From Candidatus Acidiferrales bacterium (GTDB taxonomy: Bacteria; Patescibacteriota; Microgenomatia; Levybacterales; UBA12049): 58,519 nt of DNA. The notes beneath the pieces were generated by a model, which worked only from the letters and a program-made list of their open reading frames with translations, ran no database searches and was not told the DNA's origin. Each line of letters opens with the position of its first letter. The stretch's first letter is position 1. Made by a program: the position numbers and the translations under genes. The DNA is taken from NCBI GenBank assembly GCA_035533875.1, contig DATLSZ010000033.1, positions 1 through 58,519 of the forward strand, given 5' to 3'. Of this stretch, positions 46,925 to 54,995 are shown in pieces.

Positions 46925-48361
46925 CTATTCAAGCCGTGGCCGGTTGCGCTGTCCAAGAGACTCTCTATGGGACGGCAGTGCTGACTCTCTTCTTGAAGGA
47001 GTCCACGTGATAAGTGGTCTCCCGGGATCATGCATTGCCGGATAGTGTGTTGGCTGGACGGCTCTGGGATCATAGAGAACGCGAACAGTACGCCGATCCT
47101 GCGATTGACGATAAAGATCGGGACGATGCGCGCGCAGCGTCCGCGTTGCTCTGAGAAAGGCGTCTGCATAACGTTCTGAAATGTAATCTGACCGATCATC
47201 ATATCCTAATACTGTCGCTTTTCCTGCAGATAAGGGTAAATGAAAGACAGCTGCAAACCGTACGTCATTTGCGATCTGAACCGGAAGTGGCGCTGTAAGA
47301 GAATAATCTTTTCCCAGTCGATCCCACAACGTTACTTCTGCCATAAATTTTGCCCATTGTCTTTCGATATATGGACCCATCCTATTTCCGTATGGGTACT
47401 GCGTTGGTGCAAAATTAGCATTGGCAAAAGCGACGATAGCTTCACGTGACATCGTTTGTGCTTGATCTGCGCCTTGTGCAATACCGGTTCCAAATATGCT
47501 ATATTTTGCTTTCAGGAGATTATTACCCTGAATAGATACGGCATACAGCTCTTCTACTGTAGGTGTTCCGGCAGCTGTATTTGCGCATGCTCGCTCAAAC
47601 CACTCACCACCAAGTCGTCTGCTCGCAACTTCTCGTACTGTTCTATATGCCCTTTGCTCCTGTTGAAATACATCATAGCCTGCTTCGTTTTTGGAAATAT
47701 ATGCTGCGGCTTGGGCGCGCAAACTCCACGCCATCCAAATTCCGGCTAGTTGATCATCTGTCGTGAATGAAGAATATAGAATATGAGGAGTCAAAGCCTT
47801 ATCAGAACTTAGTGCATCTTCTACTGATGCAGGGAGTTTTTCCCGAACAAATTCAGGTCCTGTCCCTGCCATTTCACGAGGTGATCGACGCACAACACTT
47901 CCATCTGTAGCCACTTCAAATACTTCTGCTCTTTCGCTTACTCTTCTTGCTAATGCTCGTGATGGTACTTCTGCGCCTGATGCCGCTACATCAGTATGCC
48001 CACTGCGGCCTGGAGCACTTTGGTCACTTTGTCTACCATCGTTGCCTGCGCCTGGCAGCGAGCTACTTACTGTACTTCTTCCCCTCTCTTGGTCAGATGC
48101 AGGCGTGGTTCCTGCCAAAGGAGCGCTTTGCCTTTCCGGTGTACCCATCGCTCCTCTTACTCTCGCAATAATAGCTGCTATACCCCTTGTATGTACTCCC
48201 CTATTCCCTGGATTATGATCGCTAGAAGAGGCACTTTCTCTGACAACTACCGAATCTGAAGCTCTTTCAGACCTTCCACCAATAGGCAGAGAAAGGGCGC
48301 GTAGTTTATCACTCAGGGAACGCCCTTTTCCATTTTCACCGCCAGCCTCTCTCGGTTGCAT
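46925..48361 (-). CDS. Large orphan protein (478 aa) with disordered G/S/R-rich N-terminus
   Basis: Long ORF; ATG 48361 lies 9 nt after TGTTATAAT. Confidence 0.7.
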   Translation of the reverse strand: MQPREAGGENGKGRSLSDKLRALSLPIGGRSERASDSVVVRESASSSDHNPGNRGVHTRGIAAIIARVRGAMGTPERQSAPLAGTTPASDQERGRSTVSSSLPGAGNDGRQSDQSAPGRSGHTDVAASGAEVPSRALARRVSERAEVFEVATDGSVVRRSPREMAGTGPEFVREKLPASVEDALSSDKALTPHILYSSFTTDDQLAGIWMAWSLRAQAAAYISKNEAGYDVFQQEQRAYRTVREVASRRLGGEWFERACANTAAGTPTVEELYAVSIQGNNLLKAKYSIFGTGIAQGADQAQTMSREAIVAFANANFAPTQYPYGNRMGPYIERQWAKFMAEVTLWDRLGKDYSLTAPLPVQIANDVRFAAVFHLPLSAGKATVLGYDDRSDYISERYADAFLRATRTLRAHRPDLYRQSQDRRTVRVLYDPRAVQPTHYPAMHDPGRPLITWTPSRRESALPSHRESLGQRNRPRLE

Positions 48362-48370
48362 ACTTATAGG

Positions 48371-48401
48371 ATTATAACACAACTATAAGTTGTGTTATAA
48401 T
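48371..48401. repeat. Perfect 14-bp inverted repeat containing TGTTATAAT on both strands
   Basis: ATTATAACACAACT-ATA-AGTTGTGTTATAAT. Confidence 0.85.
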
Positions 48402-48482
48402 TGTTCTCTGCAGGGATAATGACTTACATTATATCTTTTTAGTGCAATACATACTTCACACCAATCAATGCTCTATGTAGAA

Positions 48483-48620
48483 TCACTCACAGCAGGGGTC
48501 TTTGAAACCGCAGTTATGGCAGACAGCATCGCGACTCCCCGGCATATCGCCCATCGGCTCGCCGCATACAGGACAGTTCTGTGTCCGGAGCATTATATAG
48601 ATAAACTCCTCTTTTGCCAT
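48483..48620 (-). CDS. Small Cys-rich zinc-ribbon-like protein (45 aa; not in the ORF track)
   Basis: MAKEEFIYIMLRTQNCPVCGEPMGDMPGSRDAVCHNCGFKDPCCE; TGCTATACT 6 nt upstream of ATG. Confidence 0.72.
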   Translation of the reverse strand: MAKEEFIYIMLRTQNCPVCGEPMGDMPGSRDAVCHNCGFKDPCCE

Positions 48621-48756
48621 AATCCAAGTATAGCAATTCTCTCAATATCAAACTACTAGAAAGCATCTGATACCCTTGATACTCCTGATACTTTTGACAC
48701 TTTTAAATTTCCTCCTTGTATTCTGCTCACCCACTCTTTATAATGAAAACCGTTTT

Positions 48757-50094
48757 ATGCGTGCCTCGTTCATCATAGGCTCTCAATGGGGCGATGAAGG
48801 AAAAGGAAAGATTATTGATTTCCTTTCTGACAAAGCAGACTACGTCGTACGCTTCAATGGAGGCAACAACGCAGGTCACACCGTCATCAACAAATACGGC
48901 AAATTCCCTCTTCATCTTATCCCGTCCGGTATTTTTTCAAACGCTACCGCATGTATAGCCAACGGTACCGTCCTTGATCTGGAAGTGCTTGCTGATGAAA
49001 TAGCCCTTCTTGAAAAAGCCGGGATCCAGCTCAAAGGCCGCCTTTTTATCTCTCCCCGCTGCCATGTCATCATGCCGTATCACAAAATTCTGGAAAGCCT
49101 GCATGAAAAAGCAAAGGGGAAAAATAAGATCGGCACAACGGGACGTGGGATCAGTCCTGTGTATGCAGATAAAGTGATGCATGACGGGATCCGACTCTTT
49201 GATCTCATGGATAAAAAACAACTATCGGAAAAACTTGCCGTGCAGCTTTTGGTAAAAAATAAGATCATCACCGCACTCAGTGACACTGAAAATCTTTTTC
49301 CTTACCGCAAGCATGCCGGTGTTAAAAACAAAGTCATGAAAGCAATTGCCGCAAAACCGCTTGATCAGAAAGAAATTGAAAAAAATCTGCTAAAAGCCTT
49401 CGCAAAAATAAAACCGTTCATCAAAGAACCCCATCCGGTACTGATGCAAGCGATAAAATCCAATAAATATATTTTATTCGAAGGAGCACAAGCGGTATTT
49501 CTTGACAATGATTGGGGTACCTATCCCTTCGTCACCAGCTCGACTATCTTAACCGGCGGCATCAATGCCGGCGCGAGTGTGCCGGTTGGGGGTCTGACGG
49601 ATGTTATCGGTGTTGTAAAAGCATATACGACTAGAGTCGGCGCAGGACCTTTTCCGACAGAACTTTTTGATAAAGACGGCGATACACTACGGAATGAAGG
49701 TGGCGAATACGGCACAACAACCGGCAGACCGAGACGATGCGGATGGTTTGATGCCGAGCTGATCAAATTTGCCGCTGAGCTCAACGGATTTTCAAGCATC
49801 GCGATCACCAAACTTGATGTCCTGGATACGTTCAAAACAATAAAAATCTGTACCGGCTACACCTATAAAGGCAAAGCGGTAAGATATTATGATGGTGGCG
49901 CGGAATTTTTGAGCAAGGTAAAACCGGTGTACAAAACGCTACCCGGTTGGCAGAAATCAACCAAAGGAGTTACATCATTTGCCAAACTTCCTGCAAATGC
50001 GCAGAAATATATCAAAGAAATGGAGCGGCTCACCGGAGTTAAAGCATCTCTCATCTCAACCGGACCCGAACGCGAAGCAACAATCAGTAGATAA
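48757..50094 (+). CDS. purA: Adenylosuccinate synthetase
   Basis: QWGDEGKGK, GGNNAGHT, IGTTGRGI.P, EGAQ, GTYPFVTSS and EYGTTTGRPRRCGW motifs. Confidence 0.97.
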   Translation: MRASFIIGSQWGDEGKGKIIDFLSDKADYVVRFNGGNNAGHTVINKYGKFPLHLIPSGIFSNATACIANGTVLDLEVLADEIALLEKAGIQLKGRLFISPRCHVIMPYHKILESLHEKAKGKNKIGTTGRGISPVYADKVMHDGIRLFDLMDKKQLSEKLAVQLLVKNKIITALSDTENLFPYRKHAGVKNKVMKAIAAKPLDQKEIEKNLLKAFAKIKPFIKEPHPVLMQAIKSNKYILFEGAQAVFLDNDWGTYPFVTSSTILTGGINAGASVPVGGLTDVIGVVKAYTTRVGAGPFPTELFDKDGDTLRNEGGEYGTTTGRPRRCGWFDAELIKFAAELNGFSSIAITKLDVLDTFKTIKICTGYTYKGKAVRYYDGGAEFLSKVKPVYKTLPGWQKSTKGVTSFAKLPANAQKYIKEMERLTGVKASLISTGPEREATISR

Positions 50095-50111
50095 CAATTA
50101 GTCTAAAAATT

Positions 50112-52643
50112 TCAGCTGTCATTCTTCAATTTTCCAAGTAGGTCATGAATCATTGCTCTCATACCGGAATGAGCGCCTGAAGAGTCACTGCTTATTGTAC
50201 CTAACACATCAAAAAGCATAACTGTCGTTTGTGCTTTTAATTCTGGGGTTAATAGATCATACTGTTTGGCTATCGTATGAATTGCTGAAGAGATAAATGC
50301 GGTGCTTGTTGCTGTATTCGCAATCGAGATAAGTACTGGAATCCCTTCCGGATGCTGACCTAACTGTGCGTAATAATTATGCTGAAAATAGTGCGCCCAA
50401 GCAAAACTTCCTTTTCCTTCAAGCAGTGATACTAATTGTTTAATCTGACCGATCGTCGGTTCTTGCCCTTCCGGTGTTTTCATCGCCTGTGCCACAGCAA
50501 AGCCAAATGCGTCTCCCATTACATATTCTTCAATTATTCTCTCTGACAAAATCTCAGCTTTCTTCCTTGCTGCCTTAAAATCTTCATCTTGAAAATGGAA
50601 CATTGTGCTTCTTGTTGCAACGGCTCCCAGTGCACTTCTAATCGCCAATAATTCTTCTTGTGTCATCGTACTATGATGCATATATAAAATAAGTTCTGTT
50701 GTGTTGATACTCGATAAAACATCTTTAAACCTAAATAACGCGCCATCCGGTGTGCCTGAAATAACCTGTAAGAGCGCTGGCAACGCCTCTTTCGGATACA
50801 TACGCACTATCTCGTACAGAGTAAAATAAGAAATACTGGCATCAATCTGGTTTGCAAAATCTGCTACCAATTGCGCTTGTTCTTCCTGAAATGCCTGAGT
50901 AATCCCACTTGGCTCGATACCAATATATCTCCCCAACCATCTCGATTGCTCAAAAGGAACCACTTGCAACAGCGCTTCAGCTTTTCCTTCAGTTATCTCT
51001 TCTCCAACAACAGGTTCTCCATTCAACTTAGCGGTAAGCCAGTTCGTTTCCTGTCTTCTAAGATTTGCTGCTAGCCATTGATATACTCTCACTTGACCTA
51101 AATATTTCGCAAAAGCATCCTTATAGACTCCATAGACTGCTGCTTTATCCTCTGGTGACATAACAACAGCATCTACTTCTTGAAGATAATCCTTTATAGC
51201 CGTTAAATCTCCAAGAAAATATTTACCACCCAAATGCGTTATGGGATGACGGTAATATTCACTTTTCACTCCGTGACCAAATAAATAAGCGAGCGCTTCG
51301 TTTTTTGCACGATCAGTAAATTGCTCGAGCAATTCTCTTGCATGCTGCCGATGCCCTCGCAAATCCAGCTTCTGTCCTCTTTCGCCGGAAGCTGCTTGAG
51401 CTTGTATCTCACCTACTCTTTTTACTACTTCTTTCGCCGCAACTAAACTTTCTCTCCCTTGAAATGCATGCGAGAAGAGCATATGTCTCTCTTCATGAGC
51501 TCTTAAATCTCTTAACCAAAACGGATCAAACCCATTTGCTCCTCTATTAACAACACCTATACGATCATCTAACTCAGGCCTTGATTGCAGACTTATGACG
51601 CTACCACTTGACTCTTTGTTTAATGTTGCTTTGTAATCTCTATCACTGAGATAAAACATAAGACCGTAAGGGGTCGCTTCTCCATATACAGGCATGGCAA
51701 AACTTCTTTGGAAGATTGCTTGTGCAATACCATCTCTTACGTCAGGATTAAATTGATTTACATACGAAGTAACGATTGCCTGTCCTTCGATAAAATTAGA
51801 AATCCCTAATTTTACTCCTCTTCGTAGCTCTCTTGAATATCTTTGTTCTATCTCATCTTGTTCACTTGTTCCAAAAGCAACATGGATCAGTCTTTGATAC
51901 ATATCCTCAGGCGGCAACTGCCAAAACGCATCTTGACGTTTTGCAGCTATTTCAGCAGGTGATAAATCCCCGAATTCATGTTTGCCAACCGAGCGACTTG
52001 CTATAAATCTTGTTAATTTATATACAATATCTGCTGATGCATCTATTTCATCTCGTTTGACTCGCAACCTGTCGCCACGAGAAAGTTGCCGTATGTGCCT
52101 ATCGCGTTCACCAGCAGGCTCTGCAAGGATAACTGCCCTCGCAATAGCTGGAGTATATTCATGACGAGGAGAATATGCTGTAAACGCTTGTCTTGCGTGA
52201 GGAGAATATGGATTCGCGAGCATTGTTCTAAAAACTTGTTGGTCTATGTTTGCAAGTGCTTCTCCAGCCCTTATAAGCTTATCTGTTGAAGTACGCAACA
52301 GACCTGGATGACGAGCAAGAACTCTCTCTCTTGGTGTTAAACTGAGTGTTTGTCTGGGACGTTTTGCCAAAGCGCCATCACGTCTCCTCGAACCAACTGT
52401 ATCATCTCTTGTAATAAGCGTTTGGTCAGCACCCCTGGGTCGCAACTGTGGTGCTGTTGGGGTAAGTGAGCCACCAGGAGTACTCCTTACATTAACGCTT
52501 CTTCGTACAGGAGTTGTACGAAGAACAGGCACGGTCCGCCCTTCACTCGTAAATTCTCCTAAAATCTTTCTTCTTATTACAGAAGGTCGCTCACCTTGGG
52601 GTAATCCTCCCCCACTTGATTCGCCATGTTCTGAGGGTTTCAT
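50112..52643 (-). CDS. Large orphan protein (843 aa) with HExxH motif and helical C-terminus
   Basis: AHEERH...KNEALAY; ATG 52643 lies 9 nt after TGTTATAAT. Confidence 0.72.
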   Translation of the reverse strand: MKPSEHGESSGGGLPQGERPSVIRRKILGEFTSEGRTVPVLRTTPVRRSVNVRSTPGGSLTPTAPQLRPRGADQTLITRDDTVGSRRRDGALAKRPRQTLSLTPRERVLARHPGLLRTSTDKLIRAGEALANIDQQVFRTMLANPYSPHARQAFTAYSPRHEYTPAIARAVILAEPAGERDRHIRQLSRGDRLRVKRDEIDASADIVYKLTRFIASRSVGKHEFGDLSPAEIAAKRQDAFWQLPPEDMYQRLIHVAFGTSEQDEIEQRYSRELRRGVKLGISNFIEGQAIVTSYVNQFNPDVRDGIAQAIFQRSFAMPVYGEATPYGLMFYLSDRDYKATLNKESSGSVISLQSRPELDDRIGVVNRGANGFDPFWLRDLRAHEERHMLFSHAFQGRESLVAAKEVVKRVGEIQAQAASGERGQKLDLRGHRQHARELLEQFTDRAKNEALAYLFGHGVKSEYYRHPITHLGGKYFLGDLTAIKDYLQEVDAVVMSPEDKAAVYGVYKDAFAKYLGQVRVYQWLAANLRRQETNWLTAKLNGEPVVGEEITEGKAEALLQVVPFEQSRWLGRYIGIEPSGITQAFQEEQAQLVADFANQIDASISYFTLYEIVRMYPKEALPALLQVISGTPDGALFRFKDVLSSINTTELILYMHHSTMTQEELLAIRSALGAVATRSTMFHFQDEDFKAARKKAEILSERIIEEYVMGDAFGFAVAQAMKTPEGQEPTIGQIKQLVSLLEGKGSFAWAHYFQHNYYAQLGQHPEGIPVLISIANTATSTAFISSAIHTIAKQYDLLTPELKAQTTVMLFDVLGTISSDSSGAHSGMRAMIHDLLGKLKNDS

Positions 52644-52726
52644 TAAGAAAAGATTATAACAAAAAAAACGAAAATCAACTATAGGCCAATTCAAGCCTTA
52701 ATTCATTCCTTATGAAGAGAAAAAAA

Positions 52727-52990
52727 TTAGAGGTAGACTTCATCGACATAGCACCACGTGAATTCCTCCCCAGGAGTAACTGATTTCATAATCGGATGTC
52801 CGGTCTCTTTAAAATGCTTGGTCGCGTGCTTATTCTTCGAATCGTCACAACAACCAACATGGCCGCATGTCAGGCATTGCCTAAGCATTACCCAATCATC
52901 TCCGATTTTTATACAATCTTCACAGACAGTGGTATCATGTGGTGGAAAATCTTTAATCTGCTCCCGATGTGTACAAACTTTATCCGCCAT
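52727..52990 (-). CDS. UBP-type zinc-finger protein
   Basis: C.H...CEDC...W..LR.CLTCGHVGCCD.SKNKHATKHF..TGHPIM.S..PGE...WCY.DE. Confidence 0.9.
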   Translation of the reverse strand: MADKVCTHREQIKDFPPHDTTVCEDCIKIGDDWVMLRQCLTCGHVGCCDDSKNKHATKHFKETGHPIMKSVTPGEEFTWCYVDEVYL

Positions 52991-53030
52991 ATCTAGACTA
53001 TACCATTTTTTATGCGGTTTGTTAAACTAT

Positions 53031-54863
53031 CTATCCCCACAATCCGTCTTTATTTTTTGCGGCTATGGCGTCCAGATCCAAGCGCTTTGTTTTGGACCTT
53101 GTCCTGGCATCGAAACGATAGCGGATCAATTTGGCCGGCACACCACCAACAATCGCATAGGGCTTTACATCTTTGGTCACGACAGCTCCTGCCGCAACCA
53201 TCGATCCACGTCCTATTGTTACCCCGCCGAGAACCGTCACATTGGCACCGATCCAGACATCATCCTCAATGGTAATTGGTGATTCGGAAACCGGTTGAAA
53301 GATCATCGGCTTTTTCCAATCGGCAAATCCATGATGCACTGTTGCAAAAAGACAATATGGCCCAATCATCACATAACTACCGATCTTCATCCCGTGCGGT
53401 GTAGAAAAGACCGTATTGTGATTGATAAAAATGTATTTACCAAACTGCATATCCCGGACATTTTCAAATTTGCACCCAGGCATAAGATAAATTTTTCTCT
53501 GGTAATTTTTTATATTAAACCCAATCAGTACCGACCGGAGCCGCGCAAAAAAATATTTTGACCCAACATAAGTATCAATCAATTTAGTAAGAACCACCCT
53601 TTTAGTAGAAGCTCCTCCGATTGCGATAATATACAGAATATTTTTCGCAAGATGCCCAATGAGCCACGCAAACCCGATACCTGTCAGCGCATAATTCCGC
53701 AGTACATAACTCAGACCCAAAATAATGATCGTACCGACGATGTTAATAGCAAACAATGCCTTCATCCGACGCTGGACGTTCATGATTGTCAGACCAAGAT
53801 AATTAATCGAAACAGGAATCCCCGCAAGAGCCAGTAACTGAAGGAATTGCACTCCTTCATCCGAATAACTTTTTCCGAAAAAGATGAGCACGTATTTTCC
53901 TATCAACGCAAGAACAAAAATCGAAGGAATAAGCAGCATAAAGATAAACCGCAACGACTTCCAAACGCTTTGCCAGAAATTTTTGATGTCATGGGATCCT
54001 TCGGCAAAGAGCGACTGTGAAGTCGCGTACGGAATCGTATAGAGCAGATTGGCGATCATAAATGAGACATAAAAATACGCAGAAGTTTGCGGATTGATTG
54101 TATTGGTAATCAGAACCGGCAGGAACAATCCTGGTGCAATACCCAAAAGTCCGACCAAAAAATTGATCATTGAAAAGCTCATCATCATCGAGAGTTTGTC
54201 ACGGGGAAAAATCGAAGAGAACCGAAAAGAAAATCTCGTCATCAAGATATACGCACTTACGGTCAGCGCACTCGCGATCGCTAGTGCCCACGCGCTGAAA
54301 ATGCCAACCGCGCCAAGTCCCACAAAAAATACCGGAAGCACTATCTTGCATACAGACACCAGAGTATTTTTCAAAAAAATGTATTTTCCTGAGCGTAGTG
54401 CGAGAAAAAGACCTTCGGTAAAAAAATCAGCAGAAATTGCTATCGTAAAGATGAGAAACAACCACCCGCTTGCTCCTTCGCGCAGAAATAGCAACCGGGG
54501 TGAAAAATATGGAAGGAATAATAAGAAGGTACCTGCACAGATTGCCGCTGCAGCACTAATAACAATCAAACTCCCCGAGATAACCTGATTTTTGTCTTTC
54601 ATGCGGGTGTATTTAGGTAGAAAGCGGATGATACTGTAATTGAGCCCCAATATACTCAAATTCATAATGAAGGTCGCAACGGAGATAATTGCTGTTGCCA
54701 AACCGACCTGCACATCATGATAGAGATGCGCAACAATCAGCCAAAAGAAAAAGCCGCTGCCGGTGACAAGTGCGGTACTTGCCATCATAAAGAAGGAATT
54801 TTGATAGAGTAAGTCACGTCTCAGTGACCAAATATGTGATGTAACAGATCGTAATTTTTGCAT
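53031..54863 (-). CDS. Wzx-like polysaccharide flippase fused to a hexapeptide-repeat O-acyltransferase
   Basis: About 12 TM segments ([25 protein letters not shown]), then [43 protein letters not shown]. Confidence 0.85.
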   Translation of the reverse strand: MQKLRSVTSHIWSLRRDLLYQNSFFMMASTALVTGSGFFFWLIVAHLYHDVQVGLATAIISVATFIMNLSILGLNYSIIRFLPKYTRMKDKNQVISGSLIVISAAAAICAGTFLLFLPYFSPRLLFLREGASGWLFLIFTIAISADFFTEGLFLALRSGKYIFLKNTLVSVCKIVLPVFFVGLGAVGIFSAWALAIASALTVSAYILMTRFSFRFSSIFPRDKLSMMMSFSMINFLVGLLGIAPGLFLPVLITNTINPQTSAYFYVSFMIANLLYTIPYATSQSLFAEGSHDIKNFWQSVWKSLRFIFMLLIPSIFVLALIGKYVLIFFGKSYSDEGVQFLQLLALAGIPVSINYLGLTIMNVQRRMKALFAINIVGTIIILGLSYVLRNYALTGIGFAWLIGHLAKNILYIIAIGGASTKRVVLTKLIDTYVGSKYFFARLRSVLIGFNIKNYQRKIYLMPGCKFENVRDMQFGKYIFINHNTVFSTPHGMKIGSYVMIGPYCLFATVHHGFADWKKPMIFQPVSESPITIEDDVWIGANVTVLGGVTIGRGSMVAAGAVVTKDVKPYAIVGGVPAKLIRYRFDARTRSKTKRLDLDAIAAKNKDGLWG

Positions 54864-54995
54864 GTATTCCTCGGATGAGCAGAGGCAGAAGTGAGGAACT
54901 TTAGTATACCATATTTTTTTGTCGCTCAAATGGGAATTTCGGATTTTCGCTTGACAGCATCCTGCCTTTTTCTCTACTGTTAATATAGGGATTGT

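Noticed and set aside
48488-48499. ACCCCTGCTG (att core) on the minus strand
   Set aside because: It lies inside the DPCC codons of the microprotein, lacks the flanking arms, and a single 10-mer match in 58 kb is plausible by chance.
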